Shown: in pieces, positions 5,743-14,738 of the stretch
Layout: each line of letters starts with the position of its first letter
Numbering within the stretch: the stretch's first letter is position 1
Source: Candidatus Electronema aureum
GTDB lineage: Bacteria; Desulfobacterota; Desulfobulbia; Desulfobulbales; Desulfobulbaceae
Direction of reading: 5' to 3'
Assembly: GCA_004284765.1 (NCBI GenBank)
Contig: NQJD01000046.1
Coordinates: 1-15,543 of the forward strand
DNA length: 15,543 nt
Notes under the pieces: generated by a model
The model's database searches: none
Told to the model about the DNA's origin: nothing
What the model saw: only the letters and a program-made list of their open reading frames with translations
Made by a program: the position numbers and the translations under genes

Positions 5743-6693
5743 ATGAGACTGAGGGATATTCTTTCTGTATTTTCAAGATGTGTAGATAATATCGTTTTGG
5801 CAGAATCTGGAATTACAAATGATGCAAACAATAGATTAGTAGCAGGAATTGTCAGCTTTCGCAGGGCGATACAAGAATTGGAGGCTACTGGAGCATTCAA
5901 AGAACATATCGATGATATAAGAAATATTAACAAGACAATTTTTATGACACATGAAGATTCTCTTGTCCTAAGTAAAGATTTATGCGTTAGACTTGTTTCG
6001 TTGTTATCTCAACTAAGAAACAAGGTAAATATTGCTGTATCTGTACTTTCTGCGGTGCTTCCGCCACAGGACCAGAATTCTATAAGCATCAAGCTCCCAA
6101 AAATTCACGACCTGAAAGAATTATCAAATATATCTGAAAGATTAGATAGAATCTTTGACCAATTAATTGTAAATGATTTTGTGAAAGGGAAAGTAAGCCT
6201 ACAGAATCTCGATACAGGATCGGAATGGCTTGAAGTTGTGTTTAATTCTGCAAAAGCTGCTGGTGTTGTTGCTTCCGTTGTCTATTCGGTCATTTATCTG
6301 CAAGGTGAATATATTAAAAATCAAGAAGCTGTTGAAGTTGTAAGAAATAGGAGAATCGCAAATGATATATACGAAAAACTTAGCAATCAATTAATAGAAG
6401 AAAACAAGAAACAACTGGATGAACAAGCGATAAAAATAGCAAAAGAGGCTGGTGCAGTTCCAGAGGATAAAGATTACCACGAATACTCCCAAAGAGTTAA
6501 ATTCTGCATAACAGAGATTGATGAATTAGTTAAGCTCGGTCTGAAATTTTTCCCTGCCTCAACATCTCCCAATGAGATTCAACGTAAGCTGCCTGATTTT
6601 TCCAAAAACAGCATTGAAGAAATGCTACCTGACATTAAAAAACTGCCAGAAAAAACTTCAGAGTCAGAAACAACAGAAGATAAAAAATCGTGA
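5743..6693 (+). CDS. AT-rich orphan protein, 316 aa, no recognisable domain (hypothetical)
   Basis: SD AGGA 7 nt before ATG 5743. Sampled lines are 32-33% G+C. The product is largely helical and charged, with one hydrophobic stretch (AAGVVASVVYSVIYL) and an acidic Ser/Thr/Lys tail. Its stop TGA 6691..6693 overlaps the GTG 6690 start of cobA-hemD. Confidence 0.6.
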   Translation: MRLRDILSVFSRCVDNIVLAESGITNDANNRLVAGIVSFRRAIQELEATGAFKEHIDDIRNINKTIFMTHEDSLVLSKDLCVRLVSLLSQLRNKVNIAVSVLSAVLPPQDQNSISIKLPKIHDLKELSNISERLDRIFDQLIVNDFVKGKVSLQNLDTGSEWLEVVFNSAKAAGVVASVVYSVIYLQGEYIKNQEAVEVVRNRRIANDIYEKLSNQLIEENKKQLDEQAIKIAKEAGAVPEDKDYHEYSQRVKFCITEIDELVKLGLKFFPASTSPNEIQRKLPDFSKNSIEEMLPDIKKLPEKTSESETTEDKKS

Positions 6694-8261
6694 ACAATAA
6701 GCAAGCAGTGTCCAAAAAAGGCAAAGTCTATCTCGTCGGCGCAGGTCCCGGCGATCCCGGTCTGATCACCCTGCGCGGCAAATTCCTCCTCGAACGGGCG
6801 GAAGTGGTGGTTTATGACTACCTTGCCAACAGCAAGCTGCTCAACCATGCACCTGCCGAGGCCGAGCTGGTTTATGTTGGCAAAAAAGGCGGTGGCCTGC
6901 ACGCTATGTCGCAGGAAGAAATCAACCGGCTGCTGGTTGAACACGGACTGACCGGTAAGCGCGTCGTGCGACTCAAAGGTGGCGATCCCTTCATCTTTGG
7001 GCGAGGCGCGGAGGAGATTGAAGAGCTGGTGAAAGCAGGCATCGCCTTTGAGGTGGTGCCGGGCGTGACTTCGGCCACTGCTGCGGCCACCTATGCTGGC
7101 ATTCCGATAACTCACCGCGATTACACGGCCTCAGTGGCCTTTGTTACTGGCCATGAAGCACCGGGCAAAGAGGAGTCCAACGTCGCTTGGGACAAATTAG
7201 CTACCGGCGCAGGCACGATCGTGGTCTATATGGGCATTAAAAACTTGCCAGTCATCACCAAAAAATTGATCGACAATGGCCGCTCGCCGGATACACCAGT
7301 GGCCGTGGTACGATGGGCCTCAACTCCGCAGCAGCGGTCAGTGGTCGGTACACTGGCTACCATCACCGAGGTGGTTGCGCAGGCGAAAATTGCGCCACCC
7401 GCTTTGGTAATTATCGGAGAGGTGGTCAAGCTGCGTGAAACCATTGACTGGTACGAACATCGCCCGCTCTTTGGCAAGCGGATCATTGTCACCCGCACCC
7501 GTGAGCAGGCGAGCGAGCTGGTCTCCAAGCTGGAGGAATACGGAGCTGAGTGCTTGGAATATCCCACGATTCACATCGAGCCGGTCGAGGATTTCAGCGT
7601 GCTGGATCAGGCTCTTGTCGAACTGGGCCGCTATGACTGGATTCTGCTCACCAGCCTGAACGCGGTCAGCTATTTTTTCAAGCGGCTGCATGAAAAAGGC
7701 TTGGACAGCCGCGCCCTCGCTCCCTGCAAGATCGCGGTGGTGGGCAAGGCGACTGGAGATGAGCTGGGTAAATACGGCCTCTGCGCTGACCTGCTTCCTG
7801 AGAAGTTCACTGGCGAAGGCTTGGCTGAGGCCCTGATTGCTGCGGGCGAGGTGCCGGGTAAACGCTTCCTGCTACCCCGTGCCCTCAAAGCGATGGAGAC
7901 CCTGCCTGAGATGCTGGAGGATGCAGGTGGAGCAGTTACAGTAGCTCCGGTCTATCAGAATGTGCCGCCACAAGGAAGGAAGGACGAGCTGCGTACTGAA
8001 TTGCGCAGTGGCACGGTGGATGTGATCACTTTCACCAGCTCTTCGACTGTCACCAACTTCCTAACCATGCTCGATGCCAAGGATGAGGCGGAGCTGCACG
8101 AGCTGTTGCATGATAAGGTCAAGATTGCAGTCATTGGCCCAGTCACAGCAGAGACAGTGCGCAAGCAGGGCCTGAAGGTGGATATTCAGCCGGAACGATA
8201 CACCATTGATGATCTGGCCGATGCAATCGCAGCGCAATGCCGCAGCAAAGCATCAGTATAA
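6690..8261 (+). CDS. cobA-hemD: Bifunctional uroporphyrinogen-III C-methyltransferase / uroporphyrinogen-III synthase
   Basis: The N-terminal half has SUMT motifs: KVYLVGAGPGDPGLITLRG, VVRLKGGDPFIFGRGAEE, VPGVTSATAAATYAGIPITHRD. The C-terminal half, from LFGKRIIVTRTREQASEL, has HemD-like features including WILLTSLNAV and VITFTSSSTV. The fusion is known from sulfate reducers and Geobacter. Confidence 0.93.
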   Translation: MNNKQAVSKKGKVYLVGAGPGDPGLITLRGKFLLERAEVVVYDYLANSKLLNHAPAEAELVYVGKKGGGLHAMSQEEINRLLVEHGLTGKRVVRLKGGDPFIFGRGAEEIEELVKAGIAFEVVPGVTSATAAATYAGIPITHRDYTASVAFVTGHEAPGKEESNVAWDKLATGAGTIVVYMGIKNLPVITKKLIDNGRSPDTPVAVVRWASTPQQRSVVGTLATITEVVAQAKIAPPALVIIGEVVKLRETIDWYEHRPLFGKRIIVTRTREQASELVSKLEEYGAECLEYPTIHIEPVEDFSVLDQALVELGRYDWILLTSLNAVSYFFKRLHEKGLDSRALAPCKIAVVGKATGDELGKYGLCADLLPEKFTGEGLAEALIAAGEVPGKRFLLPRALKAMETLPEMLEDAGGAVTVAPVYQNVPPQGRKDELRTELRSGTVDVITFTSSSTVTNFLTMLDAKDEAELHELLHDKVKIAVIGPVTAETVRKQGLKVDIQPERYTIDDLADAIAAQCRSKASV

Positions 8262-8287
8262 TTTTTTTACAGGTACAGCTTTTTGGA

Positions 8288-8316
8288 TTGTCATTTCGTC
8301 GGGCGGGCGTTATACT
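8288..8316 (+). promoter_or_regulatory. Putative sigma70 promoter for the 8383 gene
   Basis: TTGTCA (8288..8293), 17-nt spacer, TATACT (8311..8316). Confidence 0.35.
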
Positions 8317-8382
8317 AAAAATGAGACCTCCACGCAGTTCTTCTGTCTCTGGACTAGGTCGAACATACTGAGGACGCTCAAA

Positions 8383-9108
8383 ATGACTCGAAAAAATAAT
8401 ACATACCTGCTTGCGGTTCTGGTCAGCATCAGCAGTCCTGCTTTAGCGGCACAGCCGTCGTCGGTCTGCATCGCCGACTGTAGCGATAGCGGCGCGGCGG
8501 TCAGCAGTCTCTTGCTGGCGGCTGGCATGTACGGCGGATTAAAGACCACCTTTGCGGGCGAAATTGATCTTTCGCTGAACCAATCGGTCAAGATGTTCAA
8601 GGGCATCTTCGCTGAACAGGGGCAAGTTGACGGTCAGGATATCACCCTGTCTTACGATGGCTCGGAAGGGCGGCTCGGTTTCTCCGCAGGTTATCTTTAC
8701 ACTGCCCCAGAAAACAGCCCGGAATCGGGAGCTGTCCTGTTGGGAATGAATCAGCACAGTCGCCGTGATCTGTTGCACGAAGACGGCGAGAAGCCTTGGT
8801 ATGTGACTTTTAACTTGGCCAAGGATTTCCAGATCAGCGACAGTCTTGCGTTGGGCGTTGACTCCAGAACCATGCTGGTGGCTGCCGCGCCGCTCCAGAA
8901 TGAAGAAAAGCAGGATGGTCAAGCCGTCTGCATGTCTTTCAATCTGCCGGTTTCCTACGGTGGTTTGTTTACTGTCACCCCAGAGTTACAGTGGTCTCAT
9001 GCTTTGGAAGTGAGTGGACAAGCCACGAACAGCAATGTTGAGGTTTCTGCTGCGGAAAAAAGTCCAAACACCTTCTACGGCGGCATGTCGATTAGCTTTT
9101 CTTATTGA
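8383..9108 (+). CDS. Secreted small outer-membrane beta-barrel-like protein (hypothetical)
   Basis: ATG 8383 gives the signal peptide MTRKNNTYLLAVLVSISSPALA/AQP. The sequence has alternating beta-strand character and an aromatic C-terminus (...GGMSISFSY). The ORF-track start at 8206 overlaps cobA-hemD and was rejected. Confidence 0.55.
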   Translation: MTRKNNTYLLAVLVSISSPALAAQPSSVCIADCSDSGAAVSSLLLAAGMYGGLKTTFAGEIDLSLNQSVKMFKGIFAEQGQVDGQDITLSYDGSEGRLGFSAGYLYTAPENSPESGAVLLGMNQHSRRDLLHEDGEKPWYVTFNLAKDFQISDSLALGVDSRTMLVAAAPLQNEEKQDGQAVCMSFNLPVSYGGLFTVTPELQWSHALEVSGQATNSNVEVSAAEKSPNTFYGGMSISFSY

Positions 9109-9138
9109 AAATAGTCTGCACGTACAAGCTGATTAAAG

Positions 9139-9177
9139 AAAAGGAGAGACGCAGGTTGTCTCTCCTTTTCTTTTTTT
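9139..9177 (+). terminator. Rho-independent terminator after the 8383..9108 gene
   Basis: 12-bp stem AAAAGGAGAGAC (9139..9150) paired with GTCTCTCCTTTT (9158..9169), 7-nt loop, then CTTTTTTT. Confidence 0.7.
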
Positions 9178-9252
9178 ATTATGTTGCGGATCAACTGATT
9201 AGTTTGAAAAGAGAAGAGCTATTGCCAATCAAGGTGTTGCTCGCGTGCGATG

Positions 9253-9294
9253 AAAAAAGCCAAACATCCATAACGGATGCTTGGCTTTTGTTTT
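9253..9294 (-). terminator. Rho-independent terminator for the minus-strand porin gene (potentially bidirectional)
   Basis: Stem 9255..9269 pairs with 9275..9289 (15 pairs, one A-C mismatch), 5-nt loop, with A/T runs on both sides. Confidence 0.65.
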
Positions 9295-9323
9295 GATGTA
9301 CAGAGTGAAACAAACAGCTTTGC

Positions 9324-10613
9324 TTAGAACGCAATGTTCAAGCGAACGAGATGTGCAAAATAAGCATCTTCGTCAACACCGCTGCCGCTGGTGATGCTGG
9401 GAGTCAGATAACCGGCCTTGTAGGTCAGGCTGGCGGAATCGTTCAGCGCATAAGCAGCGATACCAGAAACCTCGATAGCACTATCCAAGGTACCTGCGGC
9501 ATCGTTATCAAAATCAGCATACAGCAGGTTACCGGTCAGTGTCAGGCTATCACTGACGACATATTTGGCCACCAAAGCACCGAACAACAGGTCTCCGCCT
9601 TCGCCTACCTTCAGCACTTGGGTGGAGGTCTCACCACCGACCATAACAAAACCAAAATCGTTGTCAGCTACATAACCGTCCTTGGTCATACCAGCCAACA
9701 CTATTGGGGTGAATTGGTCGCTCATTTTCTTGGAGAGCTGGACGTAACCACCTAAACCATCGTCCTCAGTACCCTGTACGTCAGCAGACTTATACGCCAA
9801 CTCAGCATGAAAGCCGAAGTCGCATCTTGCGTCGTCGTTGTTTAGGAACACATCAGCGATGACACCGGAGCGATCGTTATGAGGAGTAAAAGTGTCATAG
9901 ATAGGAACCTTGGGAGCAACAAGAACATAAGAATTTCCATCGGCATCTTGCGCAAGCATACCTAAATCTTTTGTTGTTTGATCCCATTCCCTCTTATCAT
10001 CATCATAGCGGACATAGCCCTTCAAGTTCCACGCGTTCTGGAGCTTCACGCCTGCGACAAGACCATACTCCATATAATCATTGTCGTTCCATACGTCATC
10101 CTCAGTGGAGGCTTCAGCCCGGACTCCGACGAACGGAGTGATATCGACATTACCTTGCTTGTAGTTGGCTATCAAGCGGGTCGGACGGATATTCCACGAA
10201 AAGAATTGAGAATAGTTAGGATTGACGCGACCTGCTTTAATAGTCCAATCGCCCAGCGGGGCAGTCAAATAAGCATAATCAACAGAAACTTGAGTGGACT
10301 CTTGGCCGTTCCACGGAGCATCGTCCTCAAAGCCGTACCCATCGAAATACAGGCGGGCCTTAGCAGAAACGCCTTGAGTAGCCTTCCCCCAAGCTGTACT
10401 ATCAAAATTTACGCCGACGCGAGATTCAAAGTAATCATCATAACCGTTTGCGCTGTTTGCGTTGCGCAGATAATCCTGTTTCCCGATATAACTTACTCGT
10501 GCATCACCACTGAGTATACGGGGTTCGTCTTTAGGATTCACCTCCGCCTGCGCTTGAACGACAAATGAACCGGCGAGCATCAAAGCAGTGCCGGCAACAA
10601 GCACTTTCTTCAT
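9324..10613 (-). CDS. Outer-membrane porin-like beta-barrel protein
   Basis: Signal peptide MKKVLVAGTALMLAGSFVVQAQA/EV. The protein is rich in Y/G/D/N, with alternating strands and a terminal ...VRLNIAF. The SD AAGGAG directly abuts the first ATG (10619), so the second ATG (10613, 6-nt spacing) is the more plausible start. Confidence 0.7.
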   Translation of the reverse strand: MKKVLVAGTALMLAGSFVVQAQAEVNPKDEPRILSGDARVSYIGKQDYLRNANSANGYDDYFESRVGVNFDSTAWGKATQGVSAKARLYFDGYGFEDDAPWNGQESTQVSVDYAYLTAPLGDWTIKAGRVNPNYSQFFSWNIRPTRLIANYKQGNVDITPFVGVRAEASTEDDVWNDNDYMEYGLVAGVKLQNAWNLKGYVRYDDDKREWDQTTKDLGMLAQDADGNSYVLVAPKVPIYDTFTPHNDRSGVIADVFLNNDDARCDFGFHAELAYKSADVQGTEDDGLGGYVQLSKKMSDQFTPIVLAGMTKDGYVADNDFGFVMVGGETSTQVLKVGEGGDLLFGALVAKYVVSDSLTLTGNLLYADFDNDAAGTLDSAIEVSGIAAYALNDSASLTYKAGYLTPSITSGSGVDEDAYFAHLVRLNIAF

Positions 10614-10678
10614 ATCCATCTCCTTTCTGTTGTTTTTTTAGGTCAGCCCCAAACATATTTTCACATACTAATAAATAC

Positions 10679-10707
10679 AAAATATGATACTTCTGCACAA
10701 CAGTCAA
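10679..10707 (-). promoter_or_regulatory. Putative sigma70 promoter for the porin gene
   Basis: The minus strand reads TTGACT, 17-nt spacer, TATTTT. Confidence 0.3.
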
Positions 10708-10885
10708 GTTAAGTTTTTTGGGCCATACAATTTTTTACTCTTACTGATCAAGAGGGCAAGTAAGTGGATGAAAAAAGCTATCTACGCAGGGATCACGGTG
10801 TTGCGTAAAACGTAATAACAACATGATGTTGGAATAAAATATATTTTTTTCCTCTACGGGTGGATGGAAAATCTGCAAAAAAAGG

Positions 10886-10913
10886 TTGACACCGTTTTGA
10901 TTATGGGTAATTT
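10886..10913 (+). promoter_or_regulatory. Putative sigma70 promoter with no nearby ORF (about 370 nt upstream of the ferredoxin gene)
   Basis: TTGACA (10886..10891), 16-nt spacer, TAATTT (10908..10913), preceded by an A-rich tract. Confidence 0.35.
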
Positions 10914-11101
10914 TGCCGCAGTCGGTGCATAATTAGGCTAACGTGGCAACACTGTTTTTTCAAAAAGGTTTTCATGCAAAAGCACTGACGAAAGAGAACA
11001 TTTGGGTAAATCGCGGGATCGGTGAGCGAAGCGTCGGCTTGTGGAAGCGCGCATGTCTGGGCGGCGAGAGCTTACATGGGAATCTGTGAATCAAAAAATT
11101 G

Positions 11102-11121
11102 CTGTCACTGAGATGTGACAG
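11102..11121. promoter_or_regulatory. 20-bp perfect palindrome CTGTCAC-N6-GTGACAG (candidate operator)
   Basis: CTGTCAC (11102..11108) and GTGACAG (11115..11121) are exact reverse complements. The site lies about 160 nt upstream of the ferredoxin ATG. Geometry is Crp/Fnr-like, but it is not the canonical TGTGA-N6-TCACA. Confidence 0.3.
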
Positions 11122-11188
11122 TTTAACAAATCGTCAAAGATCATCTATCTGCTCAAGGCATTTTTTATCCGGTTGTTTTTATTCTGTC

Positions 11189-11217
11189 TTGCCGGAGCCG
11201 TCATATCACTGTATAAC
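11189..11217 (+). promoter_or_regulatory. Weak candidate sigma70 promoter for the ferredoxin gene
   Basis: TTGCCG, 17-nt spacer, TATAAC (11212..11217). Confidence 0.25.
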
Positions 11218-11282
11218 AGAGAATAACGAGGCTGTTTTTTTAAAAAGGGTTTTTGCTGAACCCGTCACCCAAGGAGAAAAAA

Positions 11283-11468
11283 ATGTTTGATGTAGTCGTG
11301 GACAAAGACAAATGTACTGGTTGTGAAGAATGTGTTGGCAGCTGCCCTGCTTCTGTATTGGAGCTGATTGATGGTAAATCCGAGCCAGTGAACATGGACG
11401 AATGTTTAGGCTGCGAAACCTGCGTGGAGGTCTGCGATTTCGAGGCCATCACTGTTACCGAGATTTAA
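11283..11468 (+). CDS. 2x[4Fe-4S]-type ferredoxin (61 aa)
   Basis: SD AAGGAG precedes ATG 11283. The product has two cluster motifs, [12 protein letters not shown] and [12 protein letters not shown]. Confidence 0.9.
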   Translation: MFDVVVDKDKCTGCEECVGSCPASVLELIDGKSEPVNMDECLGCETCVEVCDFEAITVTEI

Positions 11469-11487
11469 GGTTAACAGGCAAAGCTGA

Positions 11488-11520
11488 GGGAGCCGCACGC
11501 GCGGCTCCTTTCTTTTTTCC
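11488..11520 (+). terminator. Strong rho-independent terminator after the ferredoxin gene
   Basis: 8-bp GC-rich stem GGAGCCGC/GCGGCTCC with loop ACGC, followed by TTTCTTTTTT. Confidence 0.8.
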
Positions 11521-11533
11521 AGATTCATCTTGC

Positions 11534-12337
11534 ATGGTTGCCGATTCCCTATCGCATCTCGAAATTTACCGACTTTTGGCGAAAAATAACTGTGGTCGCT
11601 GCCAATTGCCTTCTTGCCTCGCCTTTGCCGCTGCCGCCGCTTCTGGGCAAAAAAAACTTTCTGACTGCCCTTTACTGGACGAGCAGACAAAACAGCAGCT
11701 CACCGCCCGCCTGAGTGGAAAACCGGAGCAAGAATTGTACCGCTTTGTTAAAGACTTGAGCGAGCTGGAACAGCAGATTCTTGGGCTGAATCTATCCGTG
11801 ATCGCGCCGCGTATCGGCGGAACTTTTCAACACGGCAGATTGGTAATCAAATCTTTGGGCAAAGAATTCCAGATTGACCAACAAGGGCAGGTGCATTCGG
11901 AATGTCACCTCATTCCTTGGGTTAAGGCTCCACTTTTAGCCTACGCTGCCAGTCCACAGCATCAGGAGATCACAGGCCGCTGGCTCAATTTTCGCGACCT
12001 GCCCGGTGGCATGGAGCGACAGAATCTTTTTACCAGTCGCTGTGAACGCCTCCTGAAAGAGCTTGCCGATCAGCACCTCGGTCTGCTGCATGATTTGGCC
12101 GAATTATTTCATGGCACCAAGGCTGAAGGCTTTGAGGCCGATACCACCCTGATCCTTTATCCTTTGCCTCATTTCCCAATTCTCATCAGTTGGCAAGCCC
12201 CAGAAGATGGCTTGGATTCTTCCCTGACCATCCTTTTCGATGTCTGCTGCGGTGTCAATCTGCCTGCGCAGATGGCCTTTTCCCTTTGCATCGGTTTAGC
12301 CCAGATGTTTGGCAAAATTGCCCTCCTGCACAGATGA
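11534..12337 (+). CDS. Protein with an N-terminal CdhE/RnfB-type Fe-S domain and a DUF3786-like body
   Basis: From ATG 11534, LEIYRLLAKNNCGRCQLPSCLAFAAAAASGQKKLSDCP matches the putative Fe-S cluster domain (IYklLPktNCGeCG.PtCmaFA...DCP). The ORF-track start at 11402 overlaps the ferredoxin gene and its terminator and was rejected. The DUF3786 call is from memory of this architecture. Confidence 0.65.
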   Translation: MVADSLSHLEIYRLLAKNNCGRCQLPSCLAFAAAAASGQKKLSDCPLLDEQTKQQLTARLSGKPEQELYRFVKDLSELEQQILGLNLSVIAPRIGGTFQHGRLVIKSLGKEFQIDQQGQVHSECHLIPWVKAPLLAYAASPQHQEITGRWLNFRDLPGGMERQNLFTSRCERLLKELADQHLGLLHDLAELFHGTKAEGFEADTTLILYPLPHFPILISWQAPEDGLDSSLTILFDVCCGVNLPAQMAFSLCIGLAQMFGKIALLHR

Positions 12338-12347
12338 CGCAAGCTGT

Positions 12348-12376
12348 TTGACAGGTGCGCGGCTCTCCTTTATACT
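12348..12376 (+). promoter_or_regulatory. Near-consensus sigma70 promoter for rfbBC
   Basis: TTGACA (12348..12353), 17-nt spacer, TATACT (12371..12376), 43 nt upstream of the rfbB ATG. Confidence 0.5.
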
Positions 12377-12418
12377 GCTGCCCAAACAGGCCTTCTCAAC
12401 TCTCTTCAAGGAAAGAAC

Positions 12419-13483
12419 ATGGCGAAAACTGTGCTGGTCACTGGCGGCTGCGGCTTCATCGGCGTGAATTTCGTCCGCCTGCTTTTGCGCGAACGGCAGG
12501 ACTGGCGGGTGATCAACCTCGACAAGCTGACTTACGCGGGCAATTTGCAGAGCTTGGCCGATGTCAGCAGTCATCCGAACTACAGCTTTGTCAAAGGCGA
12601 CATCTGCGACGCTGCGCTGTTGGCCACGCTCTTCCGCGAGCAGCAGATTGATACAGTTGCCCATTTCGCCGCCGAGTCGCACGTTGACCGTTCGATCACC
12701 GGCCCGGCGGAGTTTATCCAGACCAATGTCGTCGGCACCTTCACCTTGCTGGAAGCGGCGAAAAAGCACTGGTCAGGCAAAAGCGAGGGCTGCCGCTTTC
12801 TCCACGTCAGCACGGACGAGGTCTTCGGCTCGCTCGGCGCAACCGGCTTCTTCACCGAAGAGACTGCCTACGATCCGCGCTCGCCCTACTCGGCCTCCAA
12901 AGCCTCGTCCGATCATCTGGCGCGGGCGTACTTTCACACCTACGGCCTGCCCGTCCTGATCACCAACTGCTCGAACAACTACGGGCCGTATCAGTTCCCG
13001 GAAAAGCTGATCCCGCTGATCCTCAACAACGGGCTGCACGGCAGGCCGCTGCCGGTCTATGGCGACGGCGGCAACATCCGCGACTGGCTCTATGTGCAGG
13101 ATCACTGCGAGGCTATTGTCCGGGTGATTGAGCAGGGGCGGCTGGGCGAGTCCTACAACATTGGCGGGCACAACGAGAAGACCAATCTGCATGTGGTGCA
13201 GCTGCTTTGCGATCTGCTCGACCAAAAGGCCGCTCCGTTGCCGTCAGGGCAGCCGCGCCGCTCGCTGATCAGCTTTGTCAAAGACCGCCTCGGCCACGAC
13301 CGCCGCTATGCGATTGACGCGGGCAAAGTTGCCGAGAAATTGGACTGGCTGCCGAAAGTCACCTTTGAACAGGGTATCGCCAAGACCGTTGACTGGTATT
13401 TAGCAAATCGCGACTGGACGGCCTCTGTGACCGACGGCTCTTACCAGCAGTATTACCAAAATATGTACGGAGATCGGGCATGA
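12419..13483 (+). CDS. rfbB: dTDP-glucose 4,6-dehydratase
   Basis: [14 protein letters not shown] Rossmann motif, [11 protein letters not shown], catalytic [28 protein letters not shown] and DWLYVQDHC. Confidence 0.95.
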   Translation: MAKTVLVTGGCGFIGVNFVRLLLRERQDWRVINLDKLTYAGNLQSLADVSSHPNYSFVKGDICDAALLATLFREQQIDTVAHFAAESHVDRSITGPAEFIQTNVVGTFTLLEAAKKHWSGKSEGCRFLHVSTDEVFGSLGATGFFTEETAYDPRSPYSASKASSDHLARAYFHTYGLPVLITNCSNNYGPYQFPEKLIPLILNNGLHGRPLPVYGDGGNIRDWLYVQDHCEAIVRVIEQGRLGESYNIGGHNEKTNLHVVQLLCDLLDQKAAPLPSGQPRRSLISFVKDRLGHDRRYAIDAGKVAEKLDWLPKVTFEQGIAKTVDWYLANRDWTASVTDGSYQQYYQNMYGDRA

Positions 13484-14025
13484 AGGTGCAACCAACCAGC
13501 ATTCCTGATGTGCTGCTGATTAAGCCGAAGGTTTTCGGCGACGAGCGCGGCTTCTTCTTCGAGAGCTTCAGCCAGCGGCAATGGCAGCAGGCCACTGGTC
13601 TGAACACGGTTTTTGTTCAGCATAACCATTCACGCTCGGCAAAGAATGTCCTGCGCGGTCTGCATTATCAAATCCAGCAGCCGCAGGGCAAATTGGTGCG
13701 GGTGGTGCAGGGCGAGGTCTTTGATGTGGCCGTGGACATCCGCCGCAGCTCGCCAACCTTCGGCCAATGGGCCGGGGAAATTCTCTCAGCGGAGAACAAA
13801 CGGCAGCTCTGGGTGCCGGAGGGCTTCGCCCACGGCTTCCTTGTGCTGTCCGAGAGCGCGGAATTTCTCTATCTGGCCACGAATTACTACGCCCCGGAAC
13901 ATGAGCGGGCAATCATCTGGAACGACCCGGATTTGAATATCGCTTGGCCGCTAGCGGACGAACCATCTCTTTCAGAGAAGGACAAGCGGGCGGGCTTATT
14001 TAGAGATGCAGAGCTGTTTGAATAA
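13480..14025 (+). CDS. rfbC: dTDP-4-dehydrorhamnose 3,5-epimerase
   Basis: [57 protein letters not shown]. The ATGA start/stop overlap with rfbB is at 13480..13483. Confidence 0.95.
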   Translation: MKVQPTSIPDVLLIKPKVFGDERGFFFESFSQRQWQQATGLNTVFVQHNHSRSAKNVLRGLHYQIQQPQGKLVRVVQGEVFDVAVDIRRSSPTFGQWAGEILSAENKRQLWVPEGFAHGFLVLSESAEFLYLATNYYAPEHERAIIWNDPDLNIAWPLADEPSLSEKDKRAGLFRDAELFE

Positions 14026-14252
14026 GATTCATACGTAATCTACCTTGTGAGTTACAACAAGTGATTTTTGATCATTCGTTGAACTTGAATAATCAGGTCA
14101 AAATTCAGGTGAAGAATCCTGTTGTGGAATTAGATGGCGACCAAATCACCATTGAGGCGGCGGACTGCCGCAGCATCGGCGGCGAAACCTTTCTCTGGGT
14201 GCGGGCGGGAAAGTTCGCAGGGTGACACGAGCAATTTGTTTGCATAACAACG

Positions 14253-14738
14253 ATGGCTGCTCCAAAAAGAACAGCGAAAGCGCAACCAGAAGAAGGAATT
14301 GCCCGGTTTCTCGCAGTGCTGGACGCGCACACGAAGCTGCTGGCCTTTTTCTTCGGCCTCTGCTTTGTGACGGCAGCGTTGGCGCTGGCAATTTGCTTTC
14401 CCGATCCGACACAGTTTCAATATACGGTGTTTCGCATCGTGCTGGCCTTGGCTGCTGCCGGAGTTGCCGGAGTCATTCCCGGCATGATCCGTTTGAAGGC
14501 GCAGCCGGGAACTGCGTTGTTGATTCATGCGGGCGGTGCGCTGGCGGTGTTTGTGATGGTCTATCTGCTTGCGCCTGCGGCATTGAACTCGGAACCTCTG
14601 TCTTTTAAAAAAGAAGCATTACATAGTGTAGCAAAACAGCATCCTTTTGATGATATTCAAATCAAACAGTCAACACGGGGTGACAATAGCCCCATAATTA
14701 ATGCCCAAGGAAATGTGGAGGTTAATTATGAAGAATAA
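14253..14738 (+). CDS. Three-TM membrane protein with a hydrophilic C-terminal tail (hypothetical)
   Basis: Predicted TM segments: LLAFFFGLCFVTAALALAICF, YTVFRIVLALAAAGVAGVIPGMI and ALLIHAGGALAVFVMVYLLAPAAL. The tail ends IQIKQSTRGDNSPIINAQGNVEVNYEE. There is no clear SD. Confidence 0.55.
   Translation: MAAPKRTAKAQPEEGIARFLAVLDAHTKLLAFFFGLCFVTAALALAICFPDPTQFQYTVFRIVLALAAAGVAGVIPGMIRLKAQPGTALLIHAGGALAVFVMVYLLAPAALNSEPLSFKKEALHSVAKQHPFDDIQIKQSTRGDNSPIINAQGNVEVNYEE

Noticed and set aside
8206-8382. Upstream extension of the outer-membrane protein ORF (track start 8206).
   Set aside because: It overlaps the 3' end of cobA-hemD and would bury the signal peptide. ATG 8383 places a canonical signal peptide at the N-terminus, downstream of a plausible promoter.
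10944-10960. Sigma54-like element TGGCAACACTGTTTTTT.
   Set aside because: It has the -24 GG, but the -12 TGC/GC element is missing at the correct spacing.
14061-14225. Short open frame between rfbC and the 3-TM gene (possible GTG 14109 start, ...VKNPVVELDGDQITIEAADCRSIGGETFLWVRAGKFAG).
   Set aside because: It has no ATG start, no SD and no recognisable homology. It may be a gene remnant, but I cannot support it as a feature.
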